Under the pieces are notes generated by a model. It was not told the origin of the DNA, did not search any database, and was given only the letters and a program-made list of their open reading frames with translations. A stretch of DNA of 63,993 nt, the filler included, from Basidiobolus ranarum (taxonomy: Eukaryota): the NCBI GenBank assembly GCA_040143965.1. It is 7 parts of 7 records of this genome, joined end to end, with 100 filler letters (N's around TTAATTAATTAA, not from the genome) between each part and the next. Parts side by side here need not be neighbours in the genome. Positions count along the whole stretch, not along the records: positions 27,977 to 37,195 come from JASJQH010000857.1; positions 37,296 to 46,509 come from JASJQH010000858.1; positions 46,610 to 55,817 come from JASJQH010000859.1; 4 more parts are not named here. One strand, written 5' to 3'. A program made the translations under genes and the position numbers. Shown in pieces: positions 35,462 to 49,399 of this stretch (positions are counted from its first letter, which is position 1; every line of letters starts with the position of its first letter).

Positions 35462-36511
35462 ATGAGGCAATGTTGCACTTCTGTACTGTTGATTTTGTAC
35501 TATATTTCTATCGTTCAAGCGCATGCCGGTCACGATCATGATGATGAATACTCGGCTAACCAAACGGCTAATGATATACACAAGGGTGCTATCGCTTCAG
35601 GAAACGTTGGATTGGCCTTTGGATTGGCTGCTATAGGAGGCATTTGTAGTGCAGTAGGATCCTTACTACCTTTTCTAGATGATCTTGCTGTCAAAATGGG
35701 ATGGACTTTCAGAATCACCAACTCTCCAAGTTTTCTAGCCCGTTCGTTTGGCTTTTCATCAGGAGTGCTACTTTTCTTAACACTTGGTGATCTCCTTCCA
35801 GAATCTATTGAATACTATAAGAACTCGGGCTCAATTCCGCCCAAGCATGCTGCATTACTAGCCACTGGAGTGTTTATTGTGGGTGTGTTGATAGTGATGG
35901 CTGCTAAAAAAATCATAAGTAAGCGTATGGGTGATCATCATCACCATGGTGTTAGCTCTCATCATAATGGTGAACATCAAATAGTTGAGATGAAGGAGTC
36001 TCAAGCAGACATCGAAAAGTCCCACCAGTCACACATTCAAAACCAGGGGGATTTCAGAACACTTGGATGGCAAATTGCAGGTGCTTTAGCAGTCCACACC
36101 TTTCCTGAGGGTTTGGCCACATTTACTACCACATTAGCCTCGACAAAGATCGGCGTTATGTTTGGAATTGCTCTGGCACTCCATAAATTCCCTGAAGGAA
36201 TGATGATCGTGTTACCTATATATTATGCAACTAACTCCCGTTGGATCAGTTTCCTTATAGCCGCAAGTGTCGGGATTGTAATTCAGCTGTTGGGAGCGTT
36301 GCTAGGATATATATTGTTTGTGACTTATTGGAATCAAGCCATCAGTGCGACTTTGCTGGCTCTGGCCTCGGGGGTTCTTTTATTTACAGTGATTAACGGA
36401 ATGCTTCCACTGGCAAGGAAATATGACCCAGAAGACAATTACGTCTCTCTCTGGGTCTTCTTTGGATTATGGTTCTTTGCTATTGTGGCAGCATTGTTTA
36501 GCTATGCATAG
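35462..36511 (+). CDS. ZIP-family (ZupT/GufA-like) divalent metal transporter with N-terminal signal and His-rich loop
   Basis: First ATG at 35462; HAGHDHD, GFSSGV, HHHH loop, HTFPEG and HKFPEG signature helices; ~8 TM segments. Confidence 0.9.
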   Translation: MRQCCTSVLLILYYISIVQAHAGHDHDDEYSANQTANDIHKGAIASGNVGLAFGLAAIGGICSAVGSLLPFLDDLAVKMGWTFRITNSPSFLARSFGFSSGVLLFLTLGDLLPESIEYYKNSGSIPPKHAALLATGVFIVGVLIVMAAKKIISKRMGDHHHHGVSSHHNGEHQIVEMKESQADIEKSHQSHIQNQGDFRTLGWQIAGALAVHTFPEGLATFTTTLASTKIGVMFGIALALHKFPEGMMIVLPIYYATNSRWISFLIAASVGIVIQLLGALLGYILFVTYWNQAISATLLALASGVLLFTVINGMLPLARKYDPEDNYVSLWVFFGLWFFAIVAALFSYA

Positions 36512-37195
36512 CACTTTGAACTAAATATTGATTCATGCAGCTATTCGCTGGACCGAATTCCACCACTATCGTACCCTTTGAAGGATATTCGGGACATCAC
36601 ATATTTATTATGGCACACAGACGCCCCCTTCCCAAGTATTTTAGCAATTTAGACTGAAAAAGCAAATGATTTTGGAATAAAGATACAACTACGGCTGGTG
36701 CCTTCCCAGAAAACAAGTCATTAATCTAGCCTAATCAAGGCAAAGGCTCACGAAATCTCACTCTCAATATAGCTCCATCAGGATTGTCCATATATACTTC
36801 TGGAATTAGTGACCAACCAATGGTGATGCTCGATATGGATCAGCTTGTTCTGTTGCGAATAATCTCATATCTAAGTGCTTGCATGGCCCCATGTGAGAAT
36901 GACGGATTATGCAGCTATGCTGTTACTCAATCGTAAGAGCTGGAGACGTTGTGGACAATGGAGGTTTCACACTCATTAACTCCGTATATAGCTTTGGTAT
37001 GAAACGCTTGGTGGCATCCGTCTACAACGACCCCATTTCTGTTTTTTGTTCAAGTGGGTGAATAAGTATCCTCATCCTATGAAGTGACAATGTAATAAAC
37101 CAAGTGGCACTGTTTTGGTGACTTCGATGGGGGAAAGTAAATTAGCAGACTTGTCAAGGGGCGGGGCAATCGCAGATCTCATTGGATATGAAAAA

Positions 37196-37295
37196 NNNNN
37201 NNNNNNNNNNNNNNNNNNNNNNNNNNNNNNNNNNNNNNNTTAATTAATTAANNNNNNNNNNNNNNNNNNNNNNNNNNNNNNNNNNNNNNNNNNNN
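37196..37295. other. Artificial contig linker
   Basis: N44-TTAATTAATTAA-N44. Confidence 0.99.
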
Positions 37296-38593
37296 TCTAG
37301 AGATTCTTGGCGTAGCCATAATCACATTCGACATGCACATTGATATGGTGATATTGCTACCTGATTTTTTAACAACTAGTACAGCTAACGAAAACGTTAC
37401 TCCTTGGGAAGCAGTAGAGATATGTTTTCAAATTGTTGGCGTAGAGTGGTCAGAAGCTTTTAATTCCTAATAGTTACTACTATAAGACTATCATAGCGCA
37501 TACAATTGATAATACGGTGGCACATATCAGAACTGTTTGCACCACCATCAGGTACATACGAGTACAGATATCATGAGAAGTATGAATTGACGCCCTCTGA
37601 AATTAAGTCAGATCGTGCTTGTGGGAAGCTTTGCAGCTTTTCAGTTGCTTCAGGAGAGGCTAATTGAAGAATTTTGGTATATTGATATCATGATATATGA
37701 CAAGGGCATAGAGAGCTGCAGGATTTATTAACAGCCAACATAGTCTATGATGATATAACTGCCTTAGATGCTATAGAGCTTTATTCTGACTTTACGAATC
37801 GCAACTTTCAACTAATCAAGTGACAACTCATAATTCCAACTGATTGTTTTTATAACTTGTACACGGAATGAATAGACACCCCGTCATTCCCGTAGTGAAA
37901 TCTTTATATATTCAAGTGAACATAGGTTAAGAAGAGACGAGTTATCGCCAAGGTTTGATGGAAATATATTGCGGGAATGTTTGGTGAACATGTTGCTGAT
38001 ATTAACTGTATTTATTCAACAATGAAAGGACTTGGCTATGCTAAGAAAAGATGATGATGATATATATCAAACTAAGCGTATACTATCTACGATGTGGATG
38101 AGTAACCAACAAGAGTGAGGTTTGTGCTCCAATTCTCCGGTCAGCAATTCAAAAGTTACCAATCATGTTAGGCTTGAATAAGCTTATCCAATCTGGAAGT
38201 ATACAGTGTATATATATCTCCGATCTCTAACTGATAATGTACTGAACATGGTCGGTTCAATATTGCAAGGTAAGCATATATCAGATCTACTAACAACGGT
38301 CCACAGTATGCTACGGAGTGATGTTATCGCTTAAAATAAAGAGTATCTACTAGTAGTATTAGTATGGATAGGCTCCTGATCTACAGTATGTAAGTAGAGC
38401 CAATAAAATAACGATGTTAGAGAGCTGGTCTGGAAAATTAGTTCTACCGTAATCCCATTACACCAATGAGCGAATTCACGGGTAACTTGTTTTGAAGAGA
38501 TAGGGAGTAAAAACATCACCTTCACCCCGTATTCACAGTGTACCTTTTTGATACCTACCAGTTCTGTATCTCATATTACCGGCCTTATCTGCT

Positions 38594-39196
38594 ATGTCCA
38601 CTTCTGTTGATTTCACTAAGACTGCTGTCATTTTCTGTGACTACGAGAATGGCATCTTGTCCATGGCTTCCGAGCAGGAACGTCTTGGTGCCTTCCTAGA
38701 GAAGTCTGCAACCTTTCGAAAGGCCATTCATTCTGTTCCTTTAGAGCAGCGTCCTTTCGTTGTAAACGTAAAGGTTGCCTTTCGCCCCGGACACCCCGAA
38801 ATTGCCGCAGACTCTCCCCATGCCTATGTGAAGAAAGCAAATCTGTTTGTGGACGGGACGCCCGCTGCTGACTTCCATCCCGAGTTCACCCCACTTGAAA
38901 ATGAGCCTGTAATTGTGAAGCGCGGCTCCAGCGCCTTCTACAACACAGATCTTGAACTCCTCCTCAGAGCTAACAAGATCCAGAGAGTCATCCTCCTCGG
39001 CATCTCTACTTCCAATGCTATCCTAAGTACCGTCCTACAAGCTCACGAGCGAGAGTATGGTGTAACCGTCGTATCTGACTGCGTCTACGATCCCAAGCCC
39101 GAGATTCATACTTTTCTTCTCGAGTGCCAGTTTGCTCGTCGTATCGAGGTAGTTGACTCCGCTACTATTATTGAGAGGCTACAAAGCCTTGTTTAG
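38594..39196 (+). CDS. Isochorismatase-family (cysteine hydrolase fold) protein lacking the nucleophilic Cys
   Basis: TAVIFCDYEN, VKRGSSAFYNTDLELLLR, GISTSNAILST, VVSDC; intronless, C-ending codon bias. Confidence 0.88.
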   Translation: MSTSVDFTKTAVIFCDYENGILSMASEQERLGAFLEKSATFRKAIHSVPLEQRPFVVNVKVAFRPGHPEIAADSPHAYVKKANLFVDGTPAADFHPEFTPLENEPVIVKRGSSAFYNTDLELLLRANKIQRVILLGISTSNAILSTVLQAHEREYGVTVVSDCVYDPKPEIHTFLLECQFARRIEVVDSATIIERLQSLV

Positions 39197-39767
39197 AAGA
39201 GAACTCCGCTCGTTCTCGTCGAGCTTTGTTACGAGAAAGTAGTTGTTCACTTATTGTATAGAGCTAAGCGTATGATACTTTTTGTTGAAACTAAGAATGG
39301 AATTGAGCAAGTCAAAGTTTAAGCAGAATTGAGTATCTCGCTATCAAAAATAGGCACAGATGTTAACTTGTATAATTAGACGATAAATAAATATACCAAA
39401 ACTTCACTCTCAGCATAAGATTGGCAAGTGGCTTCTGCATAATAGATGGGAATAAATTATTATGTTCCACAAACCATTTGTGCCAGTGGCTTGTTTATGA
39501 AGCTTGAACTACTGTGTAACTTGAGCCATTACTCAATTATAGCCATAAACAGATAAACCTTAGTGGTAATGTCAACCATGTTCTAAAAAACCTAGTGAAG
39601 AGTAGTAGATATTTTGGATCAAGGCACTGGTTGAAAATCTAGCGAATTTGCATCAGAGATCATATATAAAAGGGTTACAAGACAACCTTGCACAAGTATT
39701 ACAGGACAATTGTGTTTTTTGGACATGTGTTACAGAGCAATTCCATGTTCTCATTACATGATAAATC

Positions 39768-39918
39768 TGTCGAAATTAGCATTGCCTAAACACTTATATA
39801 GTCATATAGCTTAGTATTTAGTTATCCTATATTGAACTAAGATATCACCCATTATTTAATATTGGAATTTACTTAGAAGTTTGAAGATATATAGATTTAC
39901 AAAATTGTGCTAGAAGCC
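39768..39918 (+). repeat. 5' fragment of LTR family A
   Basis: tgtcgaaattagcattgcctaaacacttatatagtcat... matches the start of 7426-7773. Confidence 0.8.
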
Positions 39919-40494
39919 AGAATTGCAGTCAGGAGATATTAACATGATAGATTCCATGAATCACCAAAGGCATTATGGTTACCTTAATTGAGCTAAGAGC
40001 AGCACTGGCAATTGTAGTTCCACTTCTGATGGTAATGACTTAAATAGCAAGGTAAACGATAGCTACCAAAGTCCAGCTACTTGCGGCGTTATTGGAAACT
40101 ATTGTAAGAACATAAGGACTATACTGCTGGTAACAAAGCACTTTCTTAACCTTCTTGTAATGATAGTTTAATAAACAAGTCTTCTTGGAGTTAAGGTTGC
40201 AGCTAGTATATGTCTGGGCAAAAAGAATATGGGACCTAAGGCACCAGTATTGTTGATCAGTTCAGGATGTCCTACTGTAATTACTAATACCAAGGCGTTG
40301 GATATTGCCCACTCAGAAGGCGGTACACTAACTGCCAGGCTGATGGAAATACCACTATGGCTGAACTCACGTTACTTTTTGCTTATGACCAGTACACTTC
40401 CAACATAAATATCTCCTTATGTCTCTTCACCTTCTCCAGTTTACAACAGACTGTGAATCACCTTCAACTCTTACATACAACTTATCAACTGACC

Positions 40495-41525
<1,031 letters not shown>

Positions 41526-43140
41526 GTTTAGAGAAACAACTAGCGCTTGACAATTCATCACCTGCTTATAATGCCCTTCCGATTCCATCCACTCCATGGC
41601 TCTATATCCATATGTTGAAAAAATTAGAAGCTAAACATTTGTTAAATGACACTGTGGAATACGACCTTAAACTAATTATTAATTAACGAGAGTAACGATG
41701 CTACAGATTTTACAAAATTTCCAGCCAGCATAATGTATGGATATAATCATTGCGTCTTATTAGCACTGTTCATACAATATTGAAATTGGCACGATATGGC
41801 ACTCTGAACTACGATGGTTCCATACTGGGGTATTATACAAGCGCTAAGTAATATATCAAGTATAGGTACGATCAACATCAAGTAAAGGTGTAACCAATAC
41901 CAAAAGAAAAATCCAGGTTATTTTGGATATCCATACTATAGAGGCGTAAGTCATGCCGGGGATAGTAGAAGACTAGAAATAATATGGGCCGATGCTTAGG
42001 GTTAGGGCAATTGTGTTGAACATAAGCTATGCATGATTAGGGTTGATAGCAAATATGTAAACCAGCGATCAACAATATTTCCTATAAATATAGCCAGCAT
42101 TTTGTCTGTATATTTCTCACACGCTTAGTACTATTGATTAGTGTATATCTCTCAAGCTTGAAGCATGCGACTAATATTTGACCTAATAAACATGCTTTTT
42201 ATATGGTTATATGTTTACGAAGTATAACTCAGAGAATATGGATGGTGCCAATAGCTCCTGACTAGGTGCTTCAGACATGGGTAGTGTTCATTATCTCTAT
42301 TTGGTAAGGCATTTCATACTAGCGGAAGATTTTATATCTCTCAAGTTTGTGGATATTTTTTTTGTATATTGCAGCTTTATTCAGTTGTGTTATAGCGAGA
42401 ATATAAATATTAATACTTCTACCATAGTACTGATGATATTATTGGATTACTTTAACAAGAGATTCTGTGAAGCTGGTTCCTATATGAATACGGAGCTAGT
42501 GATATGTGTCATTGTAGCTACGACATGGTTCTAGTTAAATTCCCAACACAATCAAGGGTAAGATGAGGCCATTGTTCATATAGGGAGTGCCTTCCCAACC
42601 TACCCCATCTTCATTGCCAATAGTCAATATTGTGATATGCAGATGCTAGAACAAATGCTAAACATATTTCTGTTGATAATATGTTGGTATCAACTTTCCT
42701 TACAGCTACAATACTACTATTTTTGGTCTTCAAATATGGACAAACAAAGGGTCTTGTTGAATTCCCAAATAACGGAAGTGGTACTTCTAGTATTGGGGGT
42801 AGACTATGAATCTAAATCCAAAGTATATTTTGCTGAGAACTTAAAGAGAGTCATTCGGCACATTCTCTAGTGCATATTCTGCAAGTTCGATATTATAGTT
42901 CGCCGACAACAAGGATTATCTTCCCTCAATATGCTAACTTTTGTATTAGAAATGCAAAATAAACGATATTGAACATTCCACTCCATATCTTACCAATAGG
43001 CAAATTGAGCCGTAGGATGTGACCAACAAAATAATGCATCAGGAAAACGATAAACTTATCCGAATATGTTAACTTTGTCAACATTAATTGAGAACACCCT
43101 AAGATGTTAACTTTGTTTATTCTGGTGAAATGGAAACTTG

Positions 43141-43886
43141 TTAGAAAAGTGCACAATAGTTCTTAGCACAGGAAGTACTTTCAAAGCCACAGTCTTGATC
43201 TTTGGTACATGTCTGATAATGGGTTCCACTAGAGATGTATTATTTAGTTAGATTACCAATCCAAACCCTAAGTACATGTGAATATTACCGTTACCTTTTA
43301 ATATTATTGATATAGCACCACTCCGGAGCACTCTGTGGGGGAGCTGTATACCCAATGCCAAATGAGATGACTCCTATACCGCCATGGCACTTGCAACAAT
43401 ATTAGTCAACATTTCTGTGTTTTTTATGCAGAATTGAAATTTACTTACTCTTCGCCAACAGTACCCTTTGTGACAGCCACAAATATTATTCCCATTTTTT
43501 TGTTTGGTAACTCCACAGAGAAGTTCACTCTTTTCCCAACTCTTTTTAACATTGCTGAAGCGATCAAGAGCATTGAAGAGCACATCTACTCCATTGGTTG
43601 CGTCAAGATCACGCTTTTCCGCCTTATTCTCTGGTTGCTCTAAGTCGAGCGTGAATTTCTGCAGCATCTTCACACAAGCTTTAAACCTGGCTTCCTCACT
43701 GGCTGGAATGAACTTCAATGTAGCAGGGAATTCCTCACTACATGCCTTAACATTTTTGTATAGCTCCACATACTCCGGGGAAGCAGTAAGCTCGGGCTGA
43801 TTGCGATCAAGCGGAGCAGCAAAAGCGGATGCAACCATAGAGACCATGGCAATACTAGAGAAGAAGATATTTTGGAAGAAAAGCAT
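43141..43886 (-). CDS. Secreted pre-pro-protein with C-terminal Cys-rich Tha p 2-like domain; exons 43886-43449, 43389-43295, 43228-43141 (206 aa)
   Basis: Signal peptide, Kex2-like EKR|D site; spliced C-terminus ICGCHKGYCWRRCHGG...EWCY...YQTCTKDQDC...C...C-ALF*. The introns keep the frame (621 nt). Confidence 0.82.
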
Positions 43887-45257
43887 CTTGATTATTTGTT
43901 TATGCTGACTATGTAGTCAATACACACTTTTTATATGTAAGCGCATGCCGTCAAACTGGGCTCAAACGCTTTTCTTTGAAAGTCTCTCTGGCACGGAACT
44001 CAACTCTCGCGTATGCACTTGCACTAAACTTCACCAACTACTTAGATTGTAAGTGATTTGTCATACACTTAGCAACGTAAGTGGAAATATCTGCCCATTG
44101 GGCTTGCATATGTCTTGACATAGGCAGTGTGTTTTCCCAATTGAGTTTGGTCAGTGATACTCTTGGCTTGGCTATACATATTCCATGGTATGATTATTGC
44201 TTTATATTTCAATACATCAGTCCACTATATAGTAGAATAATGGAAGATAATATATCAGCTACTATTCTACAGCAAGTACTAGACATGTCGCTTTTGGAAA
44301 CAATTAGGAGATATTTGTTGCACAAATATTTAGAGTTTACAAAGTGCAACACTTAGCTATTCACTGAAGCTAATTTAGACAAATATAGAGTCGGGATTTT
44401 CAGGGTTCTGTGTATACGATTAGCCCCTTAGGGCTAGTCATGCACAACCTTAAAACTTAGATATCAGTGTGCCTGGTTTCCATTTTTGGTTTTATGTTAA
44501 GTGTCGTTCACTAGTACAATGGGCAAACTTCTTTGGGAAGTGTATGACAAATCACTTGCAATCGAATCAATTGGCAACAGTGAGTGTAAATACGTACATG
44601 GGAGAAGTCTTTAGAAAAGTCAGTTTAGTTAATTTAATAATTCATTTAGGCTTAGAATTACGATATGAATAAGGCCTTTGGAGCGCTCCAGAGTGGTGAA
44701 TATTAGAAGGTGCATAGATATCTCACCTTACGACCAAAAGTGCTCAAACCGAACAAATAATTCTCTTCTATCTACAGGTTCTCTTGGATTGTTCTTCGAA
44801 GCCTCCCGTGATATCACCAGTCTTCAGTATCATGTTGAATATTAAGTCAACCACATGGGAATTCAATGATTATCATTCGAGCAGATGGTCCAATCTAAGC
44901 CAGAAGTACAAAAAGTAAAGGTTATCTGTAACAAATTATTATGTGTACTGATATAATTGGAGGTGAATTACTCAGTGAATTAACAGAATGTACCCAACAG
45001 TTGACAATAAGGGTAGTTACCAAATGGGAATTACCCATCCAATCCAGTTTGTATTAATAACGGTGCAGTTATTAACGAGATAAGGTGCTTGAAATTTGGA
45101 TGCTTATGGTAAGGATATGCTGATATGTGGTGAAAAAGTAAGAATAATTCAATACCGACTTTGATTCCAACCTTTGAATTCAAGTCAGGAATATAGTGAA
45201 TTAAATATTATTAAGATTTCTCCAAACAGTGATATTGCTTCATTCTTACAGTGGCAT

Positions 45258-45373
45258 TGCTATGGCTATCCTCAGAGTGTGTACGAATGAAGGCATCAAA
45301 CATCAGAGGTTAAAGCTGGATATCAAGTAGTTGCATTTGATAATCGCGGTCAAGGAGAGACATCAATGAATTA
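45258..45373 (+). pseudogene. Fragment of an epoxide-hydrolase-like alpha/beta hydrolase
   Basis: CYGYPQSVYE*RHQ...AGYQVVAFDNRGQGET corresponds to HGFPExWYxWRHQ...GYRVVAxDxRGYG; TGA at the Trp position; no continuation. Confidence 0.6.
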
Positions 45374-46509
45374 GCTATAGCAAATAATTAGTAATCAAGC
45401 TCTTCAATCATCAAACAAGGTTCAAGACTGTAGGAAATGGTAGAGTGAAATTCTTATGTCTGAAGGTATATCACCCAATGTATATCATCCACTATTATTT
45501 AAATTCTATTACTGATACATGGTGGAGGACACAGTCATTCCAGTGTTTAGTCTATAACTATATATAAATTAGATCTCTGCTAGAGTAACACTTGACATGT
45601 CTCGAAAGCGCTACAGATTTCGTTCAAAATCTTTTCGTTATATTGAATATCAGGTACTTCACATTAATGTTGAATGAAGTTTATGTATATAATGTACAAA
45701 GAATTTATTTAACAAAATTCATTCGGATGATCAATCTAGCAAAAATCAATGGATGTTAGAGACTTGAAATGTTTAGATTGTATCTTATATTTCATGGAAA
45801 TAGTCAGATAGTTTAGAAAATTGGAGTATTCATGTAGCGGGGTCTTACGCCGCCTCAGAAACACGGACCAAACAATATTCATCATATTGCGAGAAAATGA
45901 AAATAATGTTGAAAGTATATCTTACCTATTGTACAGTCGAGAAGTGATTGTGAAGAGTGAATTGAACATCTCCACCTCCTGTCCTTTTATCATATAATTT
46001 AAGCAGGGAACCCTAGTTGGCATAATTCTTTTTCAGTCAACATCGCTATTGGTTCAAATATTTTTTTTTTTGAGTGTAAATATTGATCATGGTGGAATGA
46101 ATTTTGCGTAATCACGTGACACTACGATATGTTGAGTGCAGGTAAACATCCTGAATTGTTGGAATGCAGTATTTGTTTAATCACTTATTTGAGATAAGGA
46201 ACGGAAACTGAACTAGCTGAGCAAAAGAAAAGAAACATTTATAACTTGACTTTGAAATTTCTTGATTAATTTCCTAGAATGTATTAATGAACAATCAAAT
46301 TATTCGAAATCCGAAGTAAAAGCAATTACAAAAGCAAACGCGACCTTTTAGTGTGAATACTGTTTAAATTCAAATCACCCTTTGGTTCATTATCAAATCT
46401 CAAGTCGTTATTTATACAACCCACCTTAAGGAACTATTTATGTACATAATACACCGACTCACTAGTTTTCAATAATATGAAGGTTGAATATATTGATTCC
46501 TATTCTAAA

Positions 46510-46609
46510 NNNNNNNNNNNNNNNNNNNNNNNNNNNNNNNNNNNNNNNNNNNNTTAATTAATTAANNNNNNNNNNNNNNNNNNNNNNNNNNNNNNNNNNN
46601 NNNNNNNNN
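46510..46609. other. Artificial contig linker
   Basis: N44-TTAATTAATTAA-N44. Confidence 0.99.
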
Positions 46610-46718
46610 GATATTCCTATTTAGAATATAGGGGCTATAGATATGTTGCTTTCTGTTTCTGATATATGTATCATAACTAAAGTTAACTATGATGTTGAAT
46701 AAAGATTAATTATCCAAC
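46610..46718 (+). repeat. 3' half of LTR family B at contig start
   Basis: Near-identical to 17125-17233 and ends ...ttatccaaca. Confidence 0.9.
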
Positions 46719-46959
46719 AGTTTCTCTAACATTGAGACATATCATACAAAAGGCACTTTGTTCTTTTATAACCTGGAGTAAAATTTTGGTTTTGGATAGT
46801 TTTGTATTGTTTTCTTTTGGTGGACTCTGAAGAATTGGTCTAACTTAGCATCTTTAACATCACAGATAAAACACATAGCTGCTTGTAAGTGAATAAAAGA
46901 AGCAATAGGGTCAAAAACACTCCTGAAAGATTGGTGCTTCCCTCAATGCTCACCTACAG

Positions 46960-47480
46960 CCATATTTTAAGATATACAAAGGTGTTTCAGATCAACTAGA
47001 AATTCCACATTTCTTACTAGAAGTAAGCATATGATTGATTACAATCATTTTATTACTACCACTATGGAAGATAAGCTTAAAGACCTAACTTATTTCTCGG
47101 TAGAAAACACAAATGCAGATACATTAACCAACCCATTTGCTAGGCAGTTACTTACAAAATATAGAGCATTCATAGTATTATTGACTGTGACTATTTAGTG
47201 GAGTAGGGGTGGTGAGGTTAGAATAGCCTAAGCATCAATATAGTTATATAGAGCTTAGTATTCAGTCATTACATGCTGTTCTTAGATTTCACTAACTGTA
47301 GCCAATTTGATTCTACCTAGAATATATGTATATCCTTAGATGTTCTCAGATGTGCAGGTTTTTCAAACTTGCACTAGAAGTCATTAACTTTGCAAATGTG
47401 TTCTAGGGACCATCTATATGTTTTCTTGGTTATCACTTGACAAAGTTATAAATGTTGCCAATTTACTCAATAAACCAATT
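46960..47480 (+). mobile_element. Degenerate copia RNase H end, PPT and old LTR A
   Basis: NADTLTNPF (degenerate ADILTKPL) at ~47110, purine tract ~47198-47210, then a diverged LTR A (gttctcagat..tttttcaaacttgcactagaag; ttgacaaagttataaatgt; ctcaataaa). Confidence 0.6.
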
Positions 47481-47852
47481 GGTGAGAATGCTTTTTCCAT
47501 TTCTGATAAAATATAGATTATACTTGCTTATTATATAAGAAAATCACAAACCCAGAGTAACTGATTTTCAATTGCAAATGCTTCACTCATACCTAGGTTT
47601 CAAGACTGGCGTTTATTGGCAACTGGCAGTTAAATGTTGTTTTGCAATTGAAGTATAATATAACTGATTTCTGTCTAACTTGTAATCCAATTCTTCATGT
47701 TGACAAGACAATAAAAACATATGAAAATCCATCTCAATTCATGCTTTCAACGTTTGTTGATAAAGAAAAGAAATTTATTAAATGGAAAATTTTTAAGTGA
47801 TTGTATGAATGTTGAAGATCTATATCTAATTTGGGAATGTATCTGTGCCTCA

Positions 47853-49399
47853 TCATTTTTCAACTTTTTCGGTAGTTATAGTATTAATAGAAGAAGAATG
47901 TTGAGAAGGACCGAATCCATGAACTATGATATGAGCAGGTACTCCCCATAAGAAAACACCAATGATAGAAAATGTAAGGGCTAATAAGAAAGAAGGATAA
48001 TCATATACTTCAAAGAAAGTATAATGCAGTCCACCCAATACATCGCCAACCTTTAAATAACCAAATATTAAGACTGATAGGAATCCAAGTATCCAACCAA
48101 ATATAACTGAACAAGTCGTCACATAGTGCTCCAATCTACGTGAAAGTCCTAATAAAATCGGGGCCGCACAACAGGTGGCTACCATGTTCGCTAGTAAAAA
48201 AAGATTCATCACTTGATATCCTTGAAGTGATACTACAATCAATGGTATGTTCACTAGTACTACTACTAATCGTGACCACCAAACGGATCTCCCTCTCAAG
48301 AGCAATGAAGAGATATTATCCACTAAGGCATTTTGTAAACTATCTACCGCAGATTGATTCATGGTTGCCGCTAGAACCGTAACGATTACAATGATCCAGG
48401 TAGGTGCTTCTCCACCAGCACCCAGTAAGGTGAATAATACAGTGTTGGGATTATCAATAGTAAGACCCGCCCAAGCTGCTAAAAATCCACAAAATCCGTA
48501 GAAAAATATGATCACAATGACTATCACCATCGAGACCAGTGCACCAGTTCTTAAGGTTTTATCATCGGCAGAAGCCCAGACACGTTGCCACATTGCTTCA
48601 TTGTAAATAGTGGAGCAAGTCAATGAGATTGGCATAACAGCAATGGCAGAATATCCTAAGTAATTGGGTGCCAATTCCGGTGGTAATTCAGAACTGAGTG
48701 GTACACGGAAAGTAGCGGCAATATAGATGGCCATTACTGTGACAAAAATGATACTAAAGAGGCCCTGGATTTGATCAGTTATAATGGAAACGGATAAACC
48801 TCCGGTAGCTGTATAGATCATAGTGGAACAACCTATAACTAAAACGATAGGAATACGATTGGAACCAACGACAGTCTCAAACAAGTCCCCAATAGAGGTG
48901 TATTCAGCTGACAAAGCAATACCCATATTGAATACCATTATAATCGACACCAATATCTCTAAAGTTCGTCCGAACCGTTGGGAAACAAAGTCAGCTAAAG
49001 ATAAAACTTTTGGAAACCGAGTTTGAATCTTCTCTCCAAAGAAAGAAACAATAAGAATAGGGATCCCGCAAGCAATGGCGTAAAATATAACTCCCAAAAT
49101 ACCCGCTGATAAGGCGTAACTAGGTGGGCCAAAAAGTGTCCTTGAAATTACAAATGTTAACCCAACATACTCTTTTCAAAACAAACAAGTTCCAAGAAAA
49201 TCGCTTACCAAGCTCCTACAGCTGCTGCATAGAAACTCCAAACAATTCTCACGGTACTCTGCGAATTTCTAGCGGTTAAGAAGAATTCGGCATCCTTATT
49301 ACGCTCCTGCATCTTGCGACTCCATATTAAAGCAAACACACCAAAGCCTAGACAGACAATGATACTAGTAGTGTAGGCAGCAACTTGTAACGTGGCCAT
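47853..49399 (-). CDS. Sodium:solute symporter family transporter (Dur3/Dur31-like urea or polyamine permease); exons 49399-49209, 49140-47853 (492 aa)
   Basis: EFFLTAR, SLADFVSQRFG, YTATGGLSVSIITDQIQG and WQRVWAS motifs; ~13 TM segments; the GT-AG intron joins the two ORFs in frame. Confidence 0.9.

Noticed and set aside
41996-42045. TTAGGG/AACCCTA motifs here and scattered elsewhere as telomeric repeats
   Set aside because: At most two tandem units; could be telobox-like sites, but enrichment cannot be shown without counting.
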